Assembly: GCF_016433145.1 (NCBI RefSeq)
Contig: NC_058133.1
Location: forward strand, 202,903,974 to 202,967,973
Reading direction: 5' to 3'
Length of the DNA: 64,000 nt
DNA from: Gracilinanus agilis
Taxonomy: Eukaryota
Shown: positions 51,861 to 64,000 of the stretch, one piece after another
Position numbering within the stretch: the first letter of the stretch is position 1
Layout of the letters: every line of letters begins with the position of its first letter
The notes under the pieces: model-generated
Database searches by the model: none
What the model was told of the DNA's origin: nothing
Seen by the model: the letters and a program-made list of their open reading frames with translations, nothing else
Made by a program: the position numbers and the translations under genes

Positions 51861-53094
51861 GACTTAAGGTGAATGGAGTTAACTTATGACAGAAAGAAGG
51901 CATATATGTTCAGCTCTTTTGTTTCTGTTTTTTTCCTATCAAATAGAATAATCATTGGATTGAAAGAGGAAAAAATGGCTAGTAGGTAATTTGAACTGAA
52001 AAAAATTAAGGAGATGGTAAGAACAACTAAGGAGTCCTTCATAAGTCCAACTCCTCAGGCCGATAGTATTGAAAGAACAGGCAAAGGGGCAACTAGATGG
52101 CCCAGACATAGGTGCAAATTTGTCCTCAGACACTCCCTAGTTGTATGTCCTTGGGCAAATCATTTATCTTTGTTTGCCTAGTCCTTGCCCTTCTGTCTTA
52201 TAGTTGTTACTAAGAAAGAAAGTAAAGGGAAAGAAAGCAGGGGAAGGAGGGAAGATTAGGATGACAAAGCAAGGGAAGTTTACAATTACTTCTCTGGACT
52301 TCATGGTCATTGAGGATGCAGAGAATGTCAGGAATGATGAGAGTTCAGGTGTGAACTAAGATTATTATTGGTGGATTCGAGAACCAGAACATTGATTGAC
52401 AGGCCATCCTAGGCCAAGATTATTGCTAGTAGCTCAATTTTTGGAATGAGCTTGTCTTTTGTCTTGGGAATGGAGAGGAGAAGAAAAAGGACTATACAAT
52501 TCTTAGCAAATCACATGAGATAAAATTTGCAAGAAGGAAAACTCCCACCATGTTGAGTTATGAATGAGAAAGTAGTCTGCAGTGTTCCATTCCCCAGTCC
52601 AAGAATCCAAAAATTCCCTTGGCCTTCAGATCACTGGCCTCTTAGAAACATTAAATTCTGAGAAAGCCAGGCCACTTGAACTGGTTTTATGTATGGACCA
52701 GATGACAGACAATATAGTTAATGATTAACTCATTCTTCTCATAACCAGCCTATGCTTCCTTAGAGCTCTAACAGAATCTATTTATTCACCCAAAGCCATG
52801 CATAGGCTTTTGGGGAAGGAGTATTGTTATGCCAGGGCAGCCTTGGGAAAAACCCTGAATAGCTTGAAATACTGGAAAATAATTTGCAAATAGCAGTTTC
52901 AGCAAGAGGTACAAAGGTATAGACATCATTTTATTGCTGCAACATTGTATGACATGTTAACTGTATGTTAATTCAAATTGGCATTTATTATAAATGTACT
53001 GGGGTTTATTAGCAATAAACACTTGTTAAAAACAAAAAACAAAAAGGAAGAAAGGGAGAAACAACAGGCAAATGCTACTACTCAGACACTGTCA

Positions 53095-53760
53095 GTCAAC
53101 TTTGAAAAATAGTAGGAAATAAGAGGTACAACATGATTTCTAAAAGGAAGACCAGAATGGAATCTGCAAACTACAAAGTTGTTAAATTTAACTGGTTCAG
53201 AAATTCTAGATCATTAAAGACTAGTTAGTGAATATTTCATCATTTCCTCAGCTATAAAATAAAAGGTTTGAACTATACGACCTCTAAAGTGTCCCGCCTA
53301 GTTCTAGATTTCATGAACACTTCTTTTGTCAGGGCTTCTAGGCTAAAAAATAAGAGAAATGCTTTAAAAAGTTTATAAAATATTAGCAAAAATATTAAAC
53401 AAAAATCTCATGATATTCACATGCAGAAGATGGGGAAAAGTGGGCTATATTATATTAGTTGACTGGCAAACCAAATGGCTAGCTATTTATAAGGAAAATC
53501 ATTAATGGGTTATATGCCAAGTTAGAAAGCGTTCTCCAAAGATCTGTGCTTGACCCTGTGATATTTATCATTTATTAGTGACTTAAAGACAGAGCTGGCA
53601 TAATTTGAAGACAATACAAAACTGGAACAATAAATGTCAAAGCTGGAATCCAAAATAATTCTGACAAGCTAAAATGTTAAGTCAAGATGAAATAGTAGGG
53701 ATAAATATCAAGTTTTATACGTGGGTTAAATAAAACCTCATTCACAATATCACATGGAAA
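53095..53760 (+). mobile_element. L3/CR1 LINE RT fragment
   Basis: Decayed ..PQGSVLGP.LF.IFINDL..KF.DDTKL-like nucleotide sequence around 53520-53630. Confidence 0.6.
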
Positions 53761-54971
53761 GGTATTGCTAACTATGCAGTAGTTCATCTTAAAGTTACAG
53801 CTCTAGGAATCTCCCTAAAATCATTAAGTTTCAGAGAAGGAACAGCCTTGCATTGGTAAATGGAGTTTCTTCATTGGGCCATTACATATGACAATGACAT
53901 CAGTTTTAAAAAGATAAAACCTTAGGCTACAGAGAGAATCAGAGAACCCAAGACATAATGACTCCATTGTAGAGTTCTAAGAGTAACATTTTTTGGAAAG
54001 TCCAATGAAAAAATTGGAAAGGCATATAAAGACTTGGAAGTATGTAACCGATAAGAAACTACAAACAGAGGCTATCATTAAGGAACTCTGGGTGGGTAAG
54101 TGTTGGGGTGGGATGTAAATAAAACTGACTGGCAATTTAACAAGTTAAAAGTGGATGGCCAGAATTCTTCACACCCTCCTTTTCCTCCCAGCAAACTTTT
54201 TGAAACCATATGGACAAATCATATAGAATGAGCAGGCATGTTTGGAAAGCAATCTAGATCTCTGGAGAGAACACCAGACTTGATATTACTTGATGGATCC
54301 ATTAGTGAAAAGGTAGAACAAAAAGAAGGAATTAGGATGTTGAAGAGCCTAAGGATTAGTCCAGCTGATGAGTGGTTGGAGGATTGTGAACATTGAATCA
54401 AGAAACTGACAACACAAGGATGCAACTTCTTACTTCAGTATTTTAAGGATAGTCACGAAGAAGAGAGATTAGATTTTGTTCTTCAATCAGAAGAAAATGC
54501 ATGCAAAAAAGTGAATTTAGGGGAAATTTAAGGAAAATGTCCTAACTTTAAATATTGATTTTTTCAGGAGATCATAAGTTCTACCTTAATATAAATCCTT
54601 AAGCAATGGTCAGAAGGCCCAACAGACTACTCATTGGATACTCTGTAAAAATGATTCTTGTTCATTTATGGGTGGGATTAGATGGACTCTGAGGTGTCTT
54701 CCAACTCTTACCTCTCTGTTTCTGTGAACTACATCCTAGGATAAAGGGGGGGGGAACCTCAAACAATCCCCATGTTTGACTGAGGTATTCTAATTTCTTG
54801 CTCTGGACATGTCCCCTTGGAATTATACCAACATCCAGAAATCATGTGACCATATCACATGTTACTTTGAACTGCCTAAGTTCAAGGACTTATACTTTTT
54901 AGTGACAAAGCACTCAAATGGATCTCTTACCCCTCTCTGGTCAGCATAAAGTTCTTAGTTACAGAAAATAT

Positions 54972-55180
54972 GGTGCAGTTAGGTGGTACAATGGATAGGG
55001 CATCGAGCCTGGATTCAGGAAGATGTAAGTCCCTTAACACCTATTTGCCTCAGTTCCTCATCTGCAAAATGGGGACAAGTGGAGAAGGAATAGCAATTTA
55101 CTCAGTATTTTGGCAAGAAAACCCTTTGGCTTTATAGAAAGAAGTCCATGGGGGTCATGTAGAGATGGACACAACTAAAC
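54972..55180 (+). mobile_element. Mar1-like SINE
   Basis: tRNA-like head, cctcagttcctcatctgcaaaatggg core, RTE-like tail ending ggacacaactaaacaa. Confidence 0.7.
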
Positions 55181-55263
55181 AAACGGAGAATATACCAGGT
55201 CTATGAAGTACCATTAATTTCTTCCCAAACAATCCCCATTTCCCCTCACCCTTGTGTACTTAC

Positions 55264-55360
55264 CAGTCTGTCAGTCCCATGTTCAGCCTTCACCTCAGTA
55301 TTTAAGGGAAGGGATGAGTCTACTGTTGTGTGCTCCGTGGGAGATGCCTCACCAAGAACT
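55264..55360 (-). CDS. KANSL1: KANSL1 exon 4-equivalent, partial (5' end, ~8 nt plus acceptor, hidden in N-gap)
   Basis: Encodes [32 protein letters not shown]; donor CTG|GTAAGT. Confidence 0.93.
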
Positions 55361-55491
55361 NNNNNNNNNNNNNNNNNNNNNNNNNNNNNNNNNNNNNNNN
55401 NNNNNNNNNNNNNNNNNNNNNNNNNNNNNNNNNNNNNNNNNNNNNNNNNNNNNNNNNNNNNNNNNNNNNNNNNNNNNNNNNNNNNNNNNNN
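55361..55491. other. Assembly gap (131 N) covering the KANSL1 exon 4 acceptor
   Basis: N run. Confidence 1.
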
Positions 55492-57904
55492 GTTACAGAT
55501 TTTTACCAATAGTTAATCTCCAAGTGAATAATGATCCTAAGAGTTTTTCCTTATGCTTCACTCTAGAAACTCATCATACCCACAAAAAGTTGTTCACCCA
55601 CCCACCCCTCACAAAAACCATTTAAACAAGAAGTCTACTAGCAACCATGTTCAGCTACTAAGGTTCTATATCTAGTTCCAAACTTCCAGTCCTTTACATG
55701 AAAAGATAGCTCTCTTTGCCCTCTGTAATTATCACACCACAGCCCTGAGGCCAAAGGTACAAAGACTCTACAATTTAGTATCGATTATATTACACTCCAA
55801 TATTTTCTAATCTGAGTACACAAAAATCCTATGAATCTTTAAATTAATGGGTGATATGGATAATTACCAAAGTCACATATTTTTAGTACTACAGCTACAG
55901 ATGGTCTTCTCAGTCAATTGTTTTCTGAGCAACAAAAGCATTTGGGTGAAACAGAACTAGAATGGTCTCTGCAACATATACACAAACCAGCAATACCACA
56001 ATAAAAAAAAAATGCTTTTAAGTTTTCCAAACTAGTATTTATTCCTAAGCACAAAGAAGGACAAAAGCAAAGCACCCAATCCAGATTAATAGCTTATATC
56101 TTCCAGTAGACAGAGTTCATGAAAAAATTTTAAAACATCACACAGCTCAGCTCCTCTACATAGCCACAAGTCGATTTTGGCAGGAAAAGTAGAGGTGAAT
56201 TTAGCAGACACAAAACTTCATAACAATTTAAACAAAGATAGTTTTACCAGGGCCTCAGGAAAACAAGATAGGATTGGCTTATTAGAGTTCTAATATATAC
56301 ATAGTTTTGTTTAACTTATCCAGATAGCAACTGAGATGTACATCACAGACTAAATTGCTCCACCTTCCTTCACAACTCAAAGGGCCTTCAAACTATGTCC
56401 CCAATGATCACAATTTATTTTCAAACTCTTGAATCGATTCAATATAATTTAAGGTTTTGGACGCCCTCTTAAGGTCAAACATAAAATTGGAAAGCAGAGA
56501 ACATCAAGAAACAGTGGAGAAACTTACTTCCTAGATGGGTCCAACTTAATGAAATGCAAGAGCAGGGACAGTTCAGAGCAGAGGAGATGGCTGGAAGAAT
56601 CAAAGAGAGATTACAAATCATGGCATAGTGGAAAAAAAAAAAAAAACACTGGACTGGGAGTCAAGAAATCTGGATTTTAGCCTTGTCTATGCCACTAACT
56701 AGTTATATGACCTCAGATCATTCGGGTCTCTATGGTCTATTTTTTGGTGTATTCAATGAGGAAGGTTAGATGATTTCTAAAATCCCTTACAGTCTTATGA
56801 AATACTTTAGATTGGAGATGGGATGAAAGGATGAAGAAAAAAAAAAAGAAAAGAAAAGAAAATGCAAGATTATTTAGAAAAACAAAAAAGTGACAACTTT
56901 GCTCCTTAGAGGCAATGTAGTTGTCCCCTTTGGGATATTGTTATATACACTGTTATATAAAATGCCCATTCAGAAAACTGAGCTTAGAACAAAAGTAAAA
57001 GAACAGGAACAAGGCCAGAAACATTTACTCTATAGTTCAAAATTGAATTTCTTCTGTTTGTGGGGACTGATTCTCAAAATGTGATAGACCAAGAAAAAAA
57101 AATCTTTTTATTTGCATATAAAATCATGTTACAAGTAAAGGTGATCACCTTCCAGAGTAACAGGAATTATTAAAAAATTTAATGTTGGATTATTTCCCCT
57201 AAAACACTATCATCTTTCTCAAGAACCTAGAATAGTTCCACATTGCTCAGTTTTTAGTCCAAATTTCTTACCTCGCCATTTAAACCTCCCTACCCACAAA
57301 TAATGTGGCTCTCCCTTATTTATCCAATTTTATTAACAACTATTTCCCCAAAGTATTCTCATTTATAGTCATAAAGGTCTTTTAACCACTTCCTATATAT
57401 GTGCCATGCTAACCTCTCTTTACTCCTTCAGACTTTCCACATTCACCACCATCCAAAACCATTTTCTATATCAACCTATCCAGCCTTTTCTCATTCTTTA
57501 AAGCCTTTCTTGAAGTTTTCTTTTATAAAGTGCCTCCAGATAGCCTAGCCCATATTGCTTACTTTCTGGCCCCCATGTATTTTGTGGTATTTGACCATAT
57601 AATGTCTCATGTATTTTCTACCTTTACTCACTGTGTATGGTTAAATCTTATGTCTTCAACAAGACAAGGAGTTTTTAGCTATGTTATACAACCTTTCTTG
57701 TAATCTTTTTGTACTACATTTTTACTTGACATTTAAATTACCATCCTAAGAGAAGATAGGGTCATCTTTCATTCAGTGTTTAGTGTCTTGGAACAAGTAG
57801 TTGCTCAAGCATTATCAATATGACTGTAGTTTCCTTTCTCCTTGGCTGGCTGATTGTTCCTTCTCAGTTTCTTTATAGCTGAATCTTCAACCTAGAGTTC
57901 ACAC

Positions 57905-59100
57905 TTACAAACTATGGTTGTCTCCCAGGGATATCCTGAAACAACTTCTCTTCTTGCTCTATACTAATTCATTTGGTGATCTTATCAGTTCCCATAGATT
58001 CAATTATTATCTCTATACAGATTTATTTATCCAGCCTAAACTCACATACAACTTGGCCACATATACTTTTGGCCATCTCAAGCTGAATGCCTAGTACACA
58101 TCTTAAACTCAACCTATCCCTAACTGAACTTATTATCTCTCCCAGCAAGTACCACCACTCTTTTTCCTTAAAATTAAAAACAAAAAACAAAAAAACACCA
58201 TATCTAAGGATTGATGTATGTATCAATTCTAAAGCAGAAGAGCAGTAATAGCTAAGTATTTATTCAGGGTTAAGGCAGTTTGCCCAGAGTTGCAAAGGAG
58301 GCATCTGAGGCCAGATTTGATTCTCTTTCTAATCTTTATAGTACCATGGAGGATAATATTCCTACCTTCCCAGTCATCCTAGGCTCACAACTTTTAGATA
58401 TCCTCAAATCCTCATTCTTTCATCCCCTATATTCATATTTAGTTACAAAGTTCTATAAATTCTACCTTTATATCGATATATCTTCTCTATACTCCTTTGT
58501 CTCCTCTGACATTACCACGACCCTAACTATCATCTCACACTAGGACCACTGCAATAGCTTTCTTTTCTAACCTCCAAAACTCTAGCGGCTCCCTATTATC
58601 TTCAGAATTAAGTATAAAATTTACAGGTTTTATTTTAAAGTTCTTTACATTGGCCTCTTCCTACCTTTTTAGTCTTCTTACACTCAACTTTTTGTTGTTG
58701 CTTACACAAGACACTTTATCTCCCTATTCCAAGTGCTTTTATCAATTGTCCCTCATGCCTGGAATTCTTACCTTCTTCTCTATTTCCTAACCTCAGAAGC
58801 CTTTATTCCCAATACTCCTTTAATGACAGTGTTTTTCCTTTTGTTCTCTCTAATTTTTCCTATGTATAATTTGTACATAGTTTTTCTGCGTGTTGTACCC
58901 CATATTCCACATATACATTAGAATGTGAGCTTCTTGAGAATGGTCCCGGGTGGGGGGGGGGGGGGGTGTGCACGCACCCCAGCAGTGCTGCAAAATCCTT
59001 TTTTATTCCCAGAGCTCACAGTGCGTGATAAGTACTTAATATACTCAGCTCTACCATCTGTTCTCTCATGTAATAGGTGCTTAATAAATGCTTGTTCCCT
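57905..59100 (+). mobile_element. Fragmented L2 LINE to its 3' end, interrupted by a CORE-SINE (~58210-58320)
   Basis: L2-like body; terminal gtgcttaataaatgcttgtt. Confidence 0.7.
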
Positions 59101-62100
59101 TGACTTCATTATGCTCACTGTTAAAGCACTTGCAAACAGGTAGCATCCAAATGTTGAGAGGCATTAATACTATCAACCAGAATCCAAAATATTTTTTTAA
59201 TGGAGTTGTCTATCAAGCCATTTCTCCAAGGGAGTTTCAAGTAAATGGAAAGGAAAAGGGAAAAGAAGCATGGAAGAGTCACTTGCTTTCAACAGCTGAG
59301 AATTAAAGATTTTTTAAAAATGTTAATCGATCTCATAAATACTTCACGATTACTAAAGCTTAAACCCTCCAACCCCACTCCTGAGGAAAAAATGATAAAA
59401 TTTAAGGACTGAAGTAAGACATTAAAAATCGCCTCTACAATGTCTAAGGAAACTAAGTTCAAGCTAGTTAGTGGCAGAACAAGGTCTAGAACTCAGGCCT
59501 CTGGGCTTCTTCTACTCCAGTCCTCTTCCCACTACCACAATGATTTTAGGAGATGCATCTAAATGCCTAATATTCAAAGAGATGCTAACACTTGTTTACA
59601 ATGAACTGTCAGCCAACTTTTTGCTTTAAATTAAATTTAGCACTACACAATCTAAAGCCTAGTATAAAAAATAATAGAAACCAAATGGGGGGGAGAGGGG
59701 AATCCCTCTGAGCACAGTCTTATGGCAAAAGAATTTAGTGACCCGAGGATCACAGCAAGCTAAGGCCACTTAATAGACCTCTAATAATAGAGCTATAGCT
59801 ATAACTACAACACCCTCGTCCCCACCCCAACTCCCAGCTAAGCAGCCTTGGACTAATGGTATTTAATAGGTACACTGGCATACTCCATGATATTCCAGAA
59901 CTGCCAGTGTCACAGTGCTGGAGGAACAAAATAAAAAGACCAGTGGAAACATGAATGGTAAGGGATTTAGATTTCCTCTGGTCCATGTACCAACTTTCTC
60001 AAGTTATTATAGTGCCCAGAGGAATTCAGAAATCTCCTTTACTTCAGTAAAATCTCAGAAGACCAAAATCCAAAGGAAAAGGTAACCAATCAAAGCCAAA
60101 TAATAAATTCAGTCCCTGAAGGAAAAGGGCACAAGAATATGAAATTTTATTAAAAACAAAATCACCTCTAATTTTTTAATATAAGAGAACACACCATGAT
60201 AGTGCCTCTATATATGCCAGAAGCTATGAGAAAAGCCTTTTTACAAATCAAGCCTAAAGAATAACCTGAGGTAGAATGGTTCAAAAGTAACCAGAATGAA
60301 CTTGAATTTCTTGCCGAGCGAAGACCTGGAATGGTCAGCATCCTCCCCACCCCCACCCCCACTTCAGGCTTCAAGGAAAGGTGGGAGAGAAAGATAGCAC
60401 AGAAGGGGAGAAGAATAAATTTTAAAATCTCTTAAAAGATTAATATGTAAAAGAGAGGACTAGAAAGCTTCTAAGGTCTCTTTTTGTTCTAAATCTATAA
60501 TACTCTTGTTGATAAGTAGAGTACTTCAACTTAGTAACTTCTAATAAGGTAATAAAATTGTCAGAGGTAGAAATAACAATTACTTTTGACTTTCCTTCTC
60601 AAAAGAAAGGAAACATTACACAATTCCATACTCCTCTTCAGGTTGCACCTTGAGATCAACAATCACCAAATATATCAATATGATATATGATATGATATGA
60701 TAATCAAGGACATTGACTACCACAAATAAGTTTCATTAAAGATGGAAGGTCACATTCTTTATACTAGTTTCTATACAACTGAGGTGTTTTGTGATTTGTT
60801 GCCCCAAGTCATTTGTCCTTTTGTAAAGACTAACCTAATAACTCCTTGCTCCCCCACCCATTTCTCTCCTCAGCCACTTACATTGTTAATTTCAGGATAT
60901 AGTTGATTAAATGGAGAGGATCAAGGATCGAAAAATATACCCATTTTGTACTGACATTTGTTTATCTGAGGAGACGTCAGCACTAAACTAATTCTCATAA
61001 TGCCTTTTGAATCTTCAATACAATTCCCCCCACCCCCATACCCTCAGCATGATACTAAACATGATTTATAGAGTGGGGGGGGGGGGAGAGGGAGAGGAAT
61101 AAGGGAACTAAAATTTGTTTCCTTCCAAAGCACAGTAATATTTTTGATGTTTTTTAAAACACCAATTGCACCTGCCCATGGCAACCATTAAAACTATAGT
61201 TTTTGTGCAAAGGATATGTTCCCCAAAGATAAAATATATATCAGTGTTGGAAAAAGGGCATCTCAAAGATGTTGGAAAACTAACCTTATTCAAATGAAAG
61301 GCAATAAAGACACTGAAATACAGACAGGTAGACAGTCTTTAAGTGCTGCTATTGTTTCAACATAAATTATTTCCTACTAAATGAATGCTTTAAAATGTAT
61401 TTTTAATATTAGGGGGAAAAGCAACAGCGCTATAATCAACCATGATATTTAGATTCAGCTAGTGAAATAAGTCCAAATTCAATCCACCTCACAAAGAAGC
61501 CAAATCCTGCCTAATCTAATAACAGATTATGAAATTGAAAATTCTGCCCACAAATCTGATAAAAATCCTTCATGTATTAAATTCAGTAATTAATGACTGA
61601 CACCCTAAAATTTTAGTCCCATCTGGACCAGTACAGAAATTGATGACAAAGTACTTTTTGAAAAAATCTTTCATTTGGATAAAAGATGACAAGTATAAGA
61701 ATGCAATTACAGGAAGCATTTGTTAACATATTAGCTGGCAGTAATATTCCCAGTATACTGTCTTCTTGTTGGCACTCTGATACATAAGAGCTCAGACATA
61801 AACAAAACCAGAATTGTCAACAAAGCCAAAAGCAATTCCAGAATAACCAGTTCCTAGATGTCATTCTAGAGATTCCCAGGATAAATGCAGCTACAATAAA
61901 AAAAAATATTCTGAAATCATTTTCTCACAATGAGAAGTGAAGGTGAAAATTGAGGTGCAAGGAAATGAAATAAATTTGGAAATGAATCATATAGACAACT
62001 AGTAATAGAAATAGAACTGGGGTTGTTTCCCAATCTTTGGGATATTTTTAGAGATTTACAAATTATCTAATTGAACAAAAAATGAAAAAGAGACAAATGA

Positions 62101-63570
62101 TCATTATAATTGCTTCCTATCATGAAGAGAATCCTTTTTTCACTAATCTGGAAATTATCAGTTGATTACTAATCATAAACACTTAAAAATTAAGATACTC
62201 AGATTATGATAATATGAATTGTAAGGGGAAAGGAGGCAGAAAAGACAGTGCATATTTCATCATCTTGTGCTTTCAGATCAAGTATAAATGTATTTTGCAT
62301 AAATAAGTATTTGATAGATAATAATTGATATTTGAACTATTTAGAAATAAACTCTTATAATTCAAGTTCTGTTTCTGGAAATGAAATGAAAGCTCACATG
62401 ATCATAACAAGAGGCCACAATGTTTTAGCTATAAACTATTTTGAAATGAAGTACCTATGTACGGATGCCTGTACTCCATTGTTCAAAAACTTCAGCAAAG
62501 GGTTCAGAAGTCACAGGTGAGACAGTTGAGTTTTTGCTTTAACTAAGAGAAGAATCAAATATAGACTGAATCCAATTAAATTTAGTGAATAATTTCATGT
62601 TATCTTTCTCAAGATTTTACAATTCTCTCTGAGCTTTTGACTAAAATAATTGAGAATGCTATCAAATAGGAACCAAGAGTGCTTTTGTCTTTTATACAAA
62701 ACACTAAGCTCACATTTAACAGACTGCTGATTAAAATTAATCTTAATGATTAAACAAAATGGTAAAGAAGCAAGAGACCCCAATGACATAGCAATCACAA
62801 ACAGATGTTAATCATGGAAATCAAATACAGAGCTAGCTGAGAACGCACGCTTGCACATAAACTCTCATTCACGCTTTTCTATGCTTATCTCTGCACAACT
62901 CAAATTCAATCTGAACATAAAACACTATAACAAATGTTTTCAAGAATGGAAAACTACAGGTAATGTTGTATTCATGTAGTACAACTTACAATTATGCCTT
63001 ATTTCCTAAAAGAAAAAGCAGTTCATGTCTCTTAAGCCTGCAAACTTTTTGCAACTGTGTATAACAATGATATAAAGCAACATAATTCTAACTATAAATA
63101 ATATAACATTGATTTTTAAAATCCTATCAGCCTATCCCCTCTAGAAAGGTGAATTTGTAAAAATCCACTCTCTAATTACTAGTAGGCTTAAAATTATTTT
63201 TGCCAGACTGTAAAGGAAGTAAGAGAGCACTTCCAACAATGAAATAGGATTATATAAAGGTGGAATAATGAAGATCCAAATATCTCACATAGAATATTTC
63301 CTTACCATATGAGACAAAGTTACAACACATAACATTTGACTTATCTGAAGGTTATAATCATTGGCTTAAATTATGTAGCCCCTTTGCATAATTGTGATCC
63401 CTCTTGTCAGCCTAGATGAACAAAATGTTCCAAACACATGTCCAAATTAATGTCTAAACCAACAGTGTTTGTGCAATACAAGGAGCAATACACTAAACAA
63501 ATGAAGCTGCTGCATCAGAACATCATGTTAACCAGTCTTCTTGACATAGTTAATAGCCACTTAAAAGTCA

Positions 63571-63837
<267 letters not shown>

Positions 63838-63944
63838 TCACAAACTGGCTTCTGACCCAGGAAAAGCCCAGGATTTTAAAAAATGAGGTACTGCTGAATT
63901 CTTTAACAAATATTCCAAATGTTCAAAAGCTTGTTCAGTCATTT

Positions 63945-64000
63945 CTTTTTCTTTTTTTAAACCCTTACCTTCCATCTTGGAGTCAATATTGTGTATTGGC
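63945..64000 (-). mobile_element. 3' tail of an opossum CORE-SINE, cut by the window end
   Basis: aaacccttaccttccatcttggagtcaatattgtgtattggc. Confidence 0.85.

Overview
Mammalian genomic DNA. The opossum-type CORE-SINEs, Mar1-like SINEs, and L2/L3/L1 fragments point to a didelphid marsupial, most likely Monodelphis. The window holds the tail-to-tail MAPT-KANSL1 junction. On the + strand are the end of MAPT intron 12, the last tau coding exon (2418-2633) and a ~5.3 kb 3'UTR ending after AATAAA at 7891. On the - strand are 13 consecutive KANSL1 coding exons (human-equivalent exons 3-15, 63763 down to the stop at 13460) with canonical GT-AG sites at every visible junction and fully consistent phases, plus a 3'UTR running to about 11910. 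The KANSL1 5' end and the rest of MAPT lie outside the window. Two N-gaps are present, one hiding the exon 4 acceptor. I found no novel gene system. The most notable observations are P4 substitutions at both C-terminal tau caspase sites, a CpG/GC-box/CTCF island inside the MAPT 3'UTR, apparent loss of the terminal miR-132/212 site, a shifted proximal poly(A) signal, a SINE insertion carrying a duplicated 75-bp flank, and a candidate unproductive acceptor in KANSL1 intron 9. All human comparisons are from my recollection of the human sequences, not from an alignment run here.
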